In this document: positions 8,949 through 18,761 of the stretch, one piece after another | How positions within the stretch are numbered: the first letter of the stretch is position 1 | Layout of the letters: each line of letters opens with the position of its first letter | Position numbers and translations under genes: made by a program | Assembly: GCA_965204375.1 (NCBI GenBank) | Contig: OZ241986.1 | Location: 1,536,001 to 1,600,000 of the forward strand | DNA: 64,000 bases | Source: Candidatus Latescibacterota bacterium | GTDB taxonomy: Bacteria > Latescibacterota > UBA2968 | Direction: 5' to 3' | Notes under the pieces: generated by a model | Told to the model about the DNA's origin: nothing | The model's database searches: none | What the model saw: the letters and a program-made list of their open reading frames with translations, nothing else

Positions 8949-10312
8949 GAATTGCTCAGGGCGCGGTTGAGAAAGCGGATGCCCCTGCGCACTTCGGTTT
9001 CTATGTGAAGGGCTTTGTCTATGCCCGAGCGTGCAAAAATCTGAATGTCGTCGAGTTGGCCCAGCCGAAATGTGAGAACAAATGCAACACCGTCGGCAAA
9101 TTGTATTCTGGCTTTGTCTGGAGCCAATGTGAGTTGGGCATTTTCATATATTCTGCTTTGAGGCGTTTTCAGGCGAGAAAGTGCGCGCTGGATACGGGTC
9201 AGGCGCACGAGTTCTGCCGAGAGACCAGCCGATGTATGAAAGTTGGAAAAACCAATGCGTCCAGCAGGCCGGTAGCCTTTGAGATCGGTGGATTCTGCTT
9301 GTTGCTCGGGCTGATCTTTGCCTGCGCTCGAGCCAGTTGATGGCAATGTGGCAGGGGCGGGCATACTCATAGTGGCGCGAGCGACATGGACTTCTGGCCG
9401 CGAACCAAAAAACGACGATGGGTTCGCACCTCTGTCCATGTTGGGTGTCGAGACGCGAGGCGGTGTTTTCAATCCACCGAGCGACATGCCGAGCGGCTTA
9501 TCGAGTTGGCGCGGGATATCGGGTAGTGATGCAAGTGCCAGTTTCGGTTTGTCCGGTAGCGCGATTTTGGGACGCGGCGCAGGCTCTGGGGCAGCCTGTA
9601 CCCGGGGTTCTGGATCCGGTTTTGTTACGCTGGCGTCCTCCCGCGTGTTTTTGCTCATGTCAAAGATGCCCTGCGCGCTAACGAGCATTTCTTCAAAATT
9701 TGTGACAATGGCTTTGAATGCCCGCCCCTCCTGAGGGGGACTGAGTGCCAATAGCAAGACGATGCCCAGTGCAAACGCACCGGCCAATGCGGGCAAAAAA
9801 CGTTGTTGTGTGCGTTGAATAGGGGCATAGGATAAGCGAATGGACTGCGGTTGAGAAGCTGGCACCTGGACAGGGACAAGGGCGATGGCGATTTCTATTT
9901 CATGTCGGCGATTGGGGTAATGCGTCCAAAGTTTGGAAAGCCCCAGATAATTCTGCTTGGTCACAAGCGCGCATGCTTCGTGGAAGATATGGCCCTTGTA
10001 GAAGCGGTTGATAATTTCGCGTGAGGGCAACTTGAAATGGCTCGATGGCGAAATCTGTCCTATGCGCTCCTCGATGCTGTCAGTTTCCGATGGAGGGACA
10101 TACCCCAGGTCTCGCAACTGTTTGAAGAGGTGTTCGATGGCCCGATGATAGTCGCTTGTAAAGTCTTCGGACGAGGGATAATTACATGCTCGGCGCGCCT
10201 CAGATAAGTTGCGAGCGCGCAGTGTGGCAGATAACACGCCAAAGAGTTTGGGATGATCCCGTCGCATGCTTTCAGCAGCACTCTGAATCAAATTTTTTTC
10301 ACGGGGAGACAT
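8945..10312 (-). CDS. Single-pass membrane protein with Pro-rich linker (TonB/TolA-like architecture)
   Basis: ~170-aa N-terminal domain, TM segment FLPALAGAFALGIVLLLAL, KPDPEPRVQAAPEPAPRPK linker, C-terminal beta-rich domain; follows exbD-like gene. Confidence 0.55.
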   Translation of the reverse strand: MSPREKNLIQSAAESMRRDHPKLFGVLSATLRARNLSEARRACNYPSSEDFTSDYHRAIEHLFKQLRDLGYVPPSETDSIEERIGQISPSSHFKLPSREIINRFYKGHIFHEACALVTKQNYLGLSKLWTHYPNRRHEIEIAIALVPVQVPASQPQSIRLSYAPIQRTQQRFLPALAGAFALGIVLLLALSPPQEGRAFKAIVTNFEEMLVSAQGIFDMSKNTREDASVTKPDPEPRVQAAPEPAPRPKIALPDKPKLALASLPDIPRQLDKPLGMSLGGLKTPPRVSTPNMDRGANPSSFFGSRPEVHVARATMSMPAPATLPSTGSSAGKDQPEQQAESTDLKGYRPAGRIGFSNFHTSAGLSAELVRLTRIQRALSRLKTPQSRIYENAQLTLAPDKARIQFADGVAFVLTFRLGQLDDIQIFARSGIDKALHIETEVRRGIRFLNRALSNS

Positions 10313-10320
10313 ATTCTATT

Positions 10321-10851
10321 TTACAACTTTCTTTTTTGACTTTCAAGCCCCCATTGCACAGTCTTAAATCCGCTGTTGTTGAGGGCGTCGTACACACCAA
10401 CGGTATAAGTCACGGTTGCATCGCGTTCAAAATAGAGGCGCACCAAAATGTCATTGGGCGCAAATCCATGTTGCGCTTGTAGTGTGAGTAAAGCTTTTTT
10501 TACGGACAAAAATACAGCGCGTTCAATGCCGATCTGGTCGTTGTCTGCGCGGTCTTGAAAGACCATGTGTTCTTCGGTGGCAACGCCGCCTTTGTCAAAT
10601 TGCACATAGGACTTCCCGATGATGATCTGTAAAAATCGTTCATCTGTGGGGTGGGGAGCAGAGCCTTTTTCATCGGGTGCTTTGATAAAATTGAGTTTTT
10701 GTGCGTGAACAAAGCGGTTGTGCAAATTGGCGAGATGGGTTTGCCATACGTTCTGTATAATAAAAAATGTAAGCAACAAAAACAAGACGTCAATAAACCC
10801 TTCCCCAGTGTCTAAAAGTGCTGCCAAAGGTCGCCTATTGCGATGTCTCAC
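10321..10851 (-). CDS. ExbD/TolR family biopolymer transport protein
   Basis: GFIDVLFLLLTFFII with the conserved TM Asp; C-terminal VYDALNNSGFKTV. Confidence 0.8.
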   Translation of the reverse strand: MRHRNRRPLAALLDTGEGFIDVLFLLLTFFIIQNVWQTHLANLHNRFVHAQKLNFIKAPDEKGSAPHPTDERFLQIIIGKSYVQFDKGGVATEEHMVFQDRADNDQIGIERAVFLSVKKALLTLQAQHGFAPNDILVRLYFERDATVTYTVGVYDALNNSGFKTVQWGLESQKRKL

Positions 10852-10852
10852 G

Positions 10853-12127
10853 TCAATCTCCTATTTCTTTCTTTTCGTCTGTATCTATCTGATAAAAGTG
10901 CTGAATCAGGTTGAGCATGCGCGCCCGATGTTGCAGACTGCGGGCTTTGGTTTTGCGTATGAGGATCATGGATAGAATGCGCCCGAGAAACCCAATGGCT
11001 GTGGTAACGAGGGCAAAGTTGATATAATGCGCCATTTTGAGCTGGGTTTGAGCTGGGCCTTCACCGACTTTCATGGTGTCTTCTAAAATTTTGAAGGCGT
11101 CTATCATGCCAACAACCGTGCCCAAAAGACCCATGGAGAGCGATAAAAGCCCCAACATGCCAAATCCTTCGGATAGGCGATCTTCAATTTCATCAAAGAG
11201 AAGATAGATTTTGTCGGTGCATCGCTCGACCAATCGCGCCTGGTCAGATGCGATTTCAGATTCGACAGATGTGAGAATGGCATAGAGTTCTGTATTTTCA
11301 GACAGGGCATAATCGGCGTTGTATTGCCCGCCCCATAGCAGGTTAATGCCCTGCTTCTGAACGATTTGCGCGTCGGAATTCGTAAAGAAACGGTCGGGGG
11401 ATAAGTCGTGAGATAAGACCTGAGCATAGCGCACAACCATATAGAAGGGCAGGGCAATCAAGAGCAGGATCAAAACAGTAGAAAGTGGACCGCTGATGTT
11501 GGAGATATATCGTCCGATAGATTCGGCCAGATCACCGCCGCGAACAACTGTGGGTACGGCATTGTCGGCTGCAAACGCGATTTGGATGTCCTCAAACTTG
11601 TATTCGACCATCTGCGTATTAGGCGCAATGGGACCATCGGCTGTCTGGTCAAAGTCCATCGCATAGCTTCGGTTGTTGTACTGAAAGCTCAAATCGTCGA
11701 TCACGGCGCTGTGGCTGGCGTTGCGCGTGCGGATGACGAGGCTATCGACGGACAGGTCGGGTATTGCGATCCATTCGCGTTGCGTACCAGCGTGATAGGT
11801 CGAATCACGCCCCTGTGTGTGTACGATCACGGCGATGGGTAAAAAGCGATCTACATTCTTGAAGCGAATGTCCGCGACTGCAATTTTTTGTTCGGGATTG
11901 TCAGGTTGTTGGAATGTGACGGTAAGTGCTTTCCAAAAAGTTCCCCCCTGAAGGACTTGCCCGCCTTGCAGCCCAGTGATGGCTCCATCGAGCCAGATTG
12001 CCGCTTTTGTGCAGATATAGAGGCCGACAAAGAGGGTAGCGAGATAGAGTGCTACCTGGGCAATGGGACTTTTTTTTAGAATGGGATGATTTAGAATCTG
12101 TGCCATGTATTCTCGGTATTTGGACAT
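10853..12127 (-). CDS. MotA/TolQ/ExbB proton channel family protein with long N-terminal extension
   Basis: MGLLGTVVGMIDAF and ALVTTAIG signature motifs. Confidence 0.85.
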   Translation of the reverse strand: MSKYREYMAQILNHPILKKSPIAQVALYLATLFVGLYICTKAAIWLDGAITGLQGGQVLQGGTFWKALTVTFQQPDNPEQKIAVADIRFKNVDRFLPIAVIVHTQGRDSTYHAGTQREWIAIPDLSVDSLVIRTRNASHSAVIDDLSFQYNNRSYAMDFDQTADGPIAPNTQMVEYKFEDIQIAFAADNAVPTVVRGGDLAESIGRYISNISGPLSTVLILLLIALPFYMVVRYAQVLSHDLSPDRFFTNSDAQIVQKQGINLLWGGQYNADYALSENTELYAILTSVESEIASDQARLVERCTDKIYLLFDEIEDRLSEGFGMLGLLSLSMGLLGTVVGMIDAFKILEDTMKVGEGPAQTQLKMAHYINFALVTTAIGFLGRILSMILIRKTKARSLQHRARMLNLIQHFYQIDTDEKKEIGD

Positions 12128-12253
12128 TTAATAGGGAATCTCCGCGTATTAGTATTAGAAACTAATTTGCGAAATTTAAGGCTTTATTCCGAAATTATCC
12201 ACCAAAACTTTTAACCATACGGGGTGAAATTGATTCGCTTCTGACAACTGAAA

Positions 12254-12301
12254 GAAGCCCCATCTGAAATTGCTTGCACGATCTCGGATGGGGCTTTTTT
12301 T
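12254..12301. terminator. Hairpin terminator downstream of the cupin gene
   Basis: AAGCCCCATCTGA...TCGGATGGGGCTTT inverted repeat. Confidence 0.7.
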
Positions 12302-12318
12302 ATACTCATCATTTCTTT

Positions 12319-13050
12319 TTATGCAGCGATAATCATATAGCTCAACCATTCGCTGTGGGGATTTTTGATGTGATAGGATGTGCCGGAGGGTATGTGGACC
12401 ACGTCGCCTTCTGTGATGTGCTGTTCGCCATCGGCTGTGACGAGAATACCCTGGTTTTCGAGAATCCAGAAGCCGAGTTCTATCTCGTCGTAACATCGCT
12501 GAATACTTTGCTGGCCGGGTTGCACGGCTTCGCGGTCGATGAAGGCGATGGATTTTAAGCATCCCGTGTTTTCTTCGCCGACAGGGCCGAGTTGATGCCA
12601 GCGAATCGCGCCCGCGCCATCGCTTACGGGTAAAACGTCTTCCCAGTTGCGAATAACACATTCGCCTCCGGGTGCAGTGTCGATATTTTTGCTGAGGACG
12701 AGGTGCTCGAGCCATTCGTCATTCATGTCGTTGAACATCTGATGGTAAATATCGGCGGGCAAATACACGGCGTCGCCAGGGCGCACGGTAAAGCGGTCCT
12801 CCCCAACGAGGACTTCACCGCTGCCGCTGATGATATAATACGCCTGTTCGGTTTTGGGGTGTTTGTGGTGGTCAGAGGTTTTACGCCCTTGAAGTCCGTG
12901 TTTGACGATGCCCTGAATGTTGTGCAACTGCGGTGAGTCGTCTTCATCGTGTTTGGGTGTCGCATTTCTCTGTCTTAATCCCGGCCAGCGAATCGCGCTC
13001 AGGTGCGCCACTTCGGGTTGCTGGTCTCGCCAGTTTTTGATGTATGCCAT
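12319..13050 (-). CDS. Bicupin-domain protein
   Basis: HKHPKTEQAYYIISGSG...GDAVYLPADIYH; second degenerate cupin GDVVHIPSGTSYH. Confidence 0.85.
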   Translation of the reverse strand: MAYIKNWRDQQPEVAHLSAIRWPGLRQRNATPKHDEDDSPQLHNIQGIVKHGLQGRKTSDHHKHPKTEQAYYIISGSGEVLVGEDRFTVRPGDAVYLPADIYHQMFNDMNDEWLEHLVLSKNIDTAPGGECVIRNWEDVLPVSDGAGAIRWHQLGPVGEENTGCLKSIAFIDREAVQPGQQSIQRCYDEIELGFWILENQGILVTADGEQHITEGDVVHIPSGTSYHIKNPHSEWLSYMIIAA

Positions 13051-13148
13051 ACTTGCCTCTCATAAGATTGGAAGGATTTGCGGGCTACTTAAGTTAATAC
13101 GATTGTCTTATGTCGCAATTTAAAAATTTGCACAGGAGGAGATTGACG

Positions 13149-14609
13149 ATGCATGATCCCTATTCACTGATTGGCGTACGTTCATTTATCAATTGCTGTG
13201 GTACGCGAACAATTCACGGAGGGACGCTGATGTTGCCGCAGGTGCGCGAAGCGATGATGGCTGCTTCGCGTTTTTTTGTCAATATGGATGAACTCATGGC
13301 GGGGGCAGGTAAGCGTTTATCCACGCTCACGGGAGCGGAGTGGGGGATGGTAGCCTCAGGCGCGGCGGCATGCCTGTGTCACGCAACAGCGGCCTGTGTG
13401 ACGGGTGGTGATCCTGAGTTGATGTTTCGGTTGCCCAATACGAGTGGGATGAAGCGCGAGGTCGTCATACCCAGAGAAAGTCGATTTACCTATGATCACG
13501 CCATTCGTTCGGTGGGCGTGACAATCGTAGAGGTGGATAATCTCAAGGAAATGGACGCGGCACTCGATCGAGAACAGGTGGCTATGGTTGCTTTGTTGGG
13601 GACCTGGGAAGCGGATATGACGCTCGAAGCGATTGTTGACATGGCGCGCCCGAGAGGTATCCCCGTGCTGGTCGATGCAGCGTCGGAGCATCTCCAATCT
13701 CCTGAACCATATACCAGTCGCGGGGCGAATTTGGTCGCTTATAGTGGGGGCAAATACCTGCGCGGACCTCAGCCTACGGGATTGTTATTAGGCGATCGCG
13801 ACCTCGTCGAGGCCGCCTGGGTACACGCTGCACCGCATCACACGCTTGGGCGCGCGATGAAGATCGGCAAAGAGGAGGTTATGGGCATTTTGGCGGCTGT
13901 GGAATATCTGCTGGCGGAACGCGATCTCGAGCGGGAACTGGAGGGCTGGATTGCCGATCTCGAGATGATTGCGCGGCATGTGATGCGCGTATCGGGTGTA
14001 GAAGCTGAAATTCTCGCACCTGATCAGTTAGATGTTCCCCGGTTGGAAATCCGTTGGGATGGAGATCGCATTGGTCTGACAGGTCTTGAATTGCGCGAAC
14101 AACTTTTGTGTGGTGATCCACGCATTGTGCTGGATGATCGCGGGGCAACGAATACATCTATTTTTATTTTGCCGTTTTCGCTACAACCCGAGGAAGCAGA
14201 TATTGTTGGCAGACACATTCGCGACGCGTTATCCCACGCGCCTTTGCCCTCAAAAGAAAAGGCGCGAAAATCCGTTGATGTGTCGGGTGCATGGGAAATT
14301 GAAATTGCGCTGGTGAGAAAAACAGCGCGTCATCGCGTGGATATCGAGGAGCTTGCTGGCGTTTTAACGGGTACTCACCAGACGCGATGGCTAAAAAATT
14401 CGCTGAACGGCTCGGTGAATGGAGATGAAATCGCATTTACGAGCCAGCATCGTTTTGAGGGAACCCATCTATCTTATCGATTTGTGGGAACAGTGTCGGG
14501 TGACGAAATGCGCGGCGAAGTTGAAATGGGCAGTTCGGGGCAGTCTGCCCCCGGGCCGTTGAATCAGCGGGAATATGGCACTGCGAGATGGCGGGCGGTG
14601 AAGCGATAG
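13149..14609 (+). CDS. SelA-like/DgaE-like PLP-dependent enzyme with extra C-terminal beta domain
   Basis: AGGAGG RBS; FINCCGTRTIHGG, VLVDAA, YSGGKYLRGPQ (PLP lysine), GRAMKIGKEE. Confidence 0.8.
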   Translation: MHDPYSLIGVRSFINCCGTRTIHGGTLMLPQVREAMMAASRFFVNMDELMAGAGKRLSTLTGAEWGMVASGAAACLCHATAACVTGGDPELMFRLPNTSGMKREVVIPRESRFTYDHAIRSVGVTIVEVDNLKEMDAALDREQVAMVALLGTWEADMTLEAIVDMARPRGIPVLVDAASEHLQSPEPYTSRGANLVAYSGGKYLRGPQPTGLLLGDRDLVEAAWVHAAPHHTLGRAMKIGKEEVMGILAAVEYLLAERDLERELEGWIADLEMIARHVMRVSGVEAEILAPDQLDVPRLEIRWDGDRIGLTGLELREQLLCGDPRIVLDDRGATNTSIFILPFSLQPEEADIVGRHIRDALSHAPLPSKEKARKSVDVSGAWEIEIALVRKTARHRVDIEELAGVLTGTHQTRWLKNSLNGSVNGDEIAFTSQHRFEGTHLSYRFVGTVSGDEMRGEVEMGSSGQSAPGPLNQREYGTARWRAVKR

Positions 14610-14627
14610 GCCACTTGAGGACTGGGG

Positions 14628-15620
14628 TTATCTGGAAACAGATACGGTTTTCCCAGTTTTACCCGATTCCATTGCCGCAAAAATGAGTGCCATTGTTTTG
14701 CGTACATCACGAGCTGATGCTTGCGCGAGGGGGCGGTTGTCGCAGATGGCGGTGAGAAATTCGAGGTGAATAGTGGGTTCGCCAGCAAGGTGAACGGTTT
14801 CGGGTATGTGCTGTTCTTTGCCATTGAGCAATAAAGGTCCGCTGGTGCTGTTGAGGTGAATGACGCCTTCATCGCCCATTACGGTCCATTCCGTGCCTGC
14901 ACGATGATGAAATGAGAGGGCGCAGTTGAGGATGGCATTACTTTCTGTTGTGGCGATGAGGGAGACTTCGTCTTCGATGTCGATATCGGGGTGTGGATCG
15001 ATATTTTGCACGATTGCCGAGACGGATACGGCTTTTTCATCCATCCACCACAAGAGTACATCGAGCGAGTGAACGCCAATGCCGGGGAGAATGCCGCCCG
15101 ACAATTCCTGGCGCGCAAACCAGCTATTTTCGTCGCCGCCGCGTCCCGACCCAAGTCTGCGGTGGATGACGTGGCGAATTTTTCCCACAGCTTTTTCTTC
15201 GAGGAGCTTTTTGACCTGTCGAATCGCTGTTGAAAAACGCTGGCTCTGTCCAGACATGAGCAATTTGCCTCTGGCTTCGGCTGTAGCGATCATGTCATCG
15301 ACATCTGCGAGGGTAAGCGCCATGGGTTTTTCAATGAGGGTGTGCAATCCCTTTTCCAGACAGGCAATGGTGTAATCGCGGTGCAGGAAGTTGGGTACGG
15401 CAATGATTGCAGCATCTGCTTCCACGTTTGTAAGCGCGTCGTCGAGGCTGTCAAAGGTAGTTGACACACCATATTGGGTTTTTAGATTATTGCGTGCGTC
15501 TTCGGATGAATCAACACCGGCGACAATGATGCCGAGTTCTCCCAGGGATTCTAAACCGCTGGCATGGCCCAAAGCCATGCGTCCGCAACCGACGAGCAAA
15601 ATGCGAATAGGGGTTTTCAT
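14628..15620 (-). CDS. Gfo/Idh/MocA family oxidoreductase
   Basis: LVGCGRM Rossmann motif, IEKPMA, GGILPGIGVHSLD. Confidence 0.9.
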   Translation of the reverse strand: MKTPIRILLVGCGRMALGHASGLESLGELGIIVAGVDSSEDARNNLKTQYGVSTTFDSLDDALTNVEADAAIIAVPNFLHRDYTIACLEKGLHTLIEKPMALTLADVDDMIATAEARGKLLMSGQSQRFSTAIRQVKKLLEEKAVGKIRHVIHRRLGSGRGGDENSWFARQELSGGILPGIGVHSLDVLLWWMDEKAVSVSAIVQNIDPHPDIDIEDEVSLIATTESNAILNCALSFHHRAGTEWTVMGDEGVIHLNSTSGPLLLNGKEQHIPETVHLAGEPTIHLEFLTAICDNRPLAQASARDVRKTMALIFAAMESGKTGKTVSVSR

Positions 15621-15648
15621 CGCGTTCTCCGTTTACTGAATGGGTTGA

Positions 15649-16161
15649 TCAGGTGTCTTCGGTTTTTGGAGTGATGCGAAAGCCCAGGCGTTTGTAGAGG
15701 CGCACGGCGGGTTCACGCCAGAGGGCTGTATTGAGATAGGCGTCGGCATATCCTCGGGCAACGAGTTCTTTGAGGGCGCGGAGTGAGATGACATAACCGA
15801 GCCCATTTCCCCGGTATTTGGGATCGGTGCCAACCCAGTGTATGAGGCCAACTGCTTTTCCTCCGTAATGGGCTTCCCACGCACTGGCGGTTGCGACCAT
15901 AAAATCTCCTTTGAGCGCGACAAAAATGCGCTTGTAATCGCAGCACGGTTCACGGGTAAATGTGGCGTGAAAATTGTCGATGGTCCAGGGTTTTCCGCCT
16001 TCTTCGCCAAAAGCCTCATTTTTCATGCGAATCCATTCTTCTTCTTCGCCGGGCTGAAGCGTGCGAATTGTGAAGCCTTCAGGAACTTTGTATTCGGGAA
16101 GCGGATCGCTGAGAGAGCGGTGCATGCGGATGCTGCTTGTGCGATTAGGTGCAGTATTCAT
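15649..16161 (-). CDS. GNAT family N-acetyltransferase
   Basis: WVGTDPKYRGNGLG, AVRLYKRLGF. Confidence 0.9.
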   Translation of the reverse strand: MNTAPNRTSSIRMHRSLSDPLPEYKVPEGFTIRTLQPGEEEEWIRMKNEAFGEEGGKPWTIDNFHATFTREPCCDYKRIFVALKGDFMVATASAWEAHYGGKAVGLIHWVGTDPKYRGNGLGYVISLRALKELVARGYADAYLNTALWREPAVRLYKRLGFRITPKTEDT

Positions 16162-16164
16162 AGT

Positions 16165-17175
16165 CTAAAAATCCAGAAAGACAGTTGCCGGACGATTGTT
16201 TTCAATGGATTCGATTATGGCACAGCATACGGCGACGGACCGCGCACCATCAACCGCGTCGATCAGCGGTTTTTCGCCGCGTTCAATGCAGGTCAAAAAG
16301 TGGTCGAGTTCCTGGGGACACGTATGGTCTTCTGCGCGAATTTCAATTGGGAGTTCAGACCATTCTTCGACGTGGGGCATACCGCCGATGAAGAGTTTGT
16401 TGTTGTGAATGGAGCCTCTGGTGCCGTGGTAGCTGAAGTTGAGATTATAGGGAATTTCTGCGCCACAGGAGACCAGGCATTTGCCCAGGGCGCCGGATTC
16501 AAATTTTAAGCCTGCGATAACCGTGTCGTACCAGGGGGCATCGGGAATATTTTTGTTTGTGCCATACGCGCTGACTTCAACGATTTCTCCGGCGAGCCAT
16601 CGCATGAGGTCCAGGGGATGGCAGGCCCCGCCGATAATGGGCAGTTGGCCTTCTTTTTCCGTGTCCATCCACCAGTCGTGACCGGGCAGTGGCAGGAAGG
16701 GTTTGAGGTCGTGGATGTAGTCGCCTTCCACAAAACAGGCTTCTCCCAGCGTGCCGTTGAGAACGAGGTGGTAAATGGTTTCAAATATGTTGCTGAATCG
16801 CGCGCCGTGACCAACCATGACTTGTCGCCCGGATCGTTTGGCTGCATCGACGATTTTTTGACAGTCTTCAACTGTAACCGCGAGGGGTTTTTCCACAAAG
16901 ACGTGCTTGCCCGCGCCGAGCGCGTCGATGGCTTGATCTACGTGTTGTGAGTTGGGCGTGCAGAGATAAATGATGTCGATTTCGGAGTCGGATAGGACGC
17001 TATCGTACTCTGTCGATATTTTATCTGCGCCATATGTCACTTGCAAATCTCTCGCTATCTGTTCGCTGCGCGGCGTTGTACATATCGTTCGCAAATGTGC
17101 ATTGGGATGCGCTGAGATGGCTTTGATGTGCTCGCCACCGATATAGCCCGTTCCTATCACGGCAATCGCGTTCAT
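16165..17175 (-). CDS. Gfo/Idh/MocA family oxidoreductase
   Basis: AGGAGG RBS before ATG 17175; VIGTGYIG, VEKPLA, GACHPLD. Confidence 0.9.
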   Translation of the reverse strand: MNAIAVIGTGYIGGEHIKAISAHPNAHLRTICTTPRSEQIARDLQVTYGADKISTEYDSVLSDSEIDIIYLCTPNSQHVDQAIDALGAGKHVFVEKPLAVTVEDCQKIVDAAKRSGRQVMVGHGARFSNIFETIYHLVLNGTLGEACFVEGDYIHDLKPFLPLPGHDWWMDTEKEGQLPIIGGACHPLDLMRWLAGEIVEVSAYGTNKNIPDAPWYDTVIAGLKFESGALGKCLVSCGAEIPYNLNFSYHGTRGSIHNNKLFIGGMPHVEEWSELPIEIRAEDHTCPQELDHFLTCIERGEKPLIDAVDGARSVAVCCAIIESIENNRPATVFLDF

Positions 17176-17288
17176 CGGAGGACCTCCTGTAGTTTGTCCA
17201 ACAAGGCGCAAAAATGTAAGATTGAAAATGTAAAATAAAAAATTAAAAATTGGGTGGTATGTTAAACTAATATGCGAGAGGTGAGACT

Positions 17289-18665
17289 ATGGTACAAGAA
17301 AATCGGTCAAATGTGTTGTTCATTTCGTTTGATGATTTAAATCACTATGTGGGATTTTTGGATCGTGCCCCAAATGCTGTGACCCCTCATTTTAATCGGT
17401 TGGCCGAGCGATGTACAGTATTTGAACGCGCGTATTGTCAGGCGCCGATTTGCAATCCGTCGCGGGCGAGTTTAATGAGTGGGTTGCGACCATCCACTAC
17501 GGGTGTTTATAACAATCGACAGCCGCTCAGATTTTCGGAAGCGGGAAAAAATTGCGTGACACTGCCGCAGCACTTTCGACAAAATGGCTATTTCACAACG
17601 GGCAGTGGCAAGGTATATCACGGAAAATTTCCCGATCCAATGTCGTGGGATTCTTATGTGCCGAGTTTGTTTAATCAATCGCATTCCGGCGCAGGGCCAG
17701 ATCATCATCCCGTAAATGGCATGGCGGGTATGGGCAATCTGGACTGGGGACCGATGGATGTTGCCGATGAAGATATGCAGGATTACAAGGCTGTGAGTTA
17801 TTGTGTTGAGCAATTGCAGGCAAGTCATGAAAAACCCTTCTTCTTGACGTGTGGATTTAAGCTGCCGCATCTGATGTGGCATGTGCCGAGGAAATATATA
17901 GAGGCTTATGATCTGAATGATTTCCATCTGCCCGAGACGTTGGCAAATGATCTGGACGATGTTCCCGAGGTCGCACAACGATGGGCGAATCAAAAGCCGC
18001 ATGCGCGTATCGTAGAAGGAGGTCAATGGAAGGAAGCGATTCGGTGTTATCTGGCGTGTATCAGTTTTGTCGATACGCAAATTGGGCGATTGATAGATGC
18101 ACTGGATGCAAGTGCTTATGCAGAGGATACAGCAATTGTTTTGTGGGCAGATCACGGGTGGCATTTGGGCGAAAAAAGTCACTGGAAAAAGAGTACGTTG
18201 TGGGAAGAAGCCACGCGCGTGCCCTTGCTTATTTCAGCACCGGGTTATTCGCCCGGCACCTGTTCAAAGCCTGTGGGATTGATCGATATTTATCCCACGC
18301 TAATTGCGTTGTGCGGTCTGCCTGGTCGCAGTGGATTGGAAGGACGAAGCCTGGTACCTTTAATGGAAAATCCCAATCGCAACTGGCCCTTTCCCGCAAT
18401 CACCACACACGGGCGAGGCAATCATGCCATACGGTCTGAGCGATGGCGATATATCCGTTATGCAGATGGATCAGAAGAGCTTTACGATCACAGACATGAC
18501 GAGATGGAATGGGACAATCTGGCGCATAGCCCAGAACAGCACGAGGTCAAAGAACTTCTGGCACAATGGTTGCCCGAAAACAATGCGCCGGATGCTGAGA
18601 TTGTCGAATGGCCTGAAGAGAATGAGAGTTATCGGGCGAGGATAGAGGCGATGATGGAAGTGTGA
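17289..18665 (+). CDS. Formylglycine-type sulfatase (iduronate/choline sulfatase-like)
   Basis: FDDL, CNPSRASLMSG, GKVYH, ADHGWHLGEK motifs. Confidence 0.92.
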   Translation: MVQENRSNVLFISFDDLNHYVGFLDRAPNAVTPHFNRLAERCTVFERAYCQAPICNPSRASLMSGLRPSTTGVYNNRQPLRFSEAGKNCVTLPQHFRQNGYFTTGSGKVYHGKFPDPMSWDSYVPSLFNQSHSGAGPDHHPVNGMAGMGNLDWGPMDVADEDMQDYKAVSYCVEQLQASHEKPFFLTCGFKLPHLMWHVPRKYIEAYDLNDFHLPETLANDLDDVPEVAQRWANQKPHARIVEGGQWKEAIRCYLACISFVDTQIGRLIDALDASAYAEDTAIVLWADHGWHLGEKSHWKKSTLWEEATRVPLLISAPGYSPGTCSKPVGLIDIYPTLIALCGLPGRSGLEGRSLVPLMENPNRNWPFPAITTHGRGNHAIRSERWRYIRYADGSEELYDHRHDEMEWDNLAHSPEQHEVKELLAQWLPENNAPDAEIVEWPEENESYRARIEAMMEV

Positions 18666-18760
18666 AGGATGAAGTGTGAAGGATGAAGTGTGAAGTGTGA
18701 AGAAGTACCCGTCTTGGGGTGGTTGAGTGGGGCCTTCTTACTTCTTACTTCTCACTTCTT
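18657..18760. repeat. Heptamer-based tandem repeat plus inverted copy between convergent genes
   Basis: (GAAGTGT GAAGGAT)x2 GAAGTGT GAAGTGT, then CTTCTTA CTTCTTA CTTCTCA CTTC. Confidence 0.85.
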
Positions 18761-18761
18761 T

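Noticed and set aside
13149-14609. True selenocysteine synthase selA
   Set aside because: No selB, selC or selD nearby; extra C-terminal domain and motifs fit the SelA-like/DgaE group better
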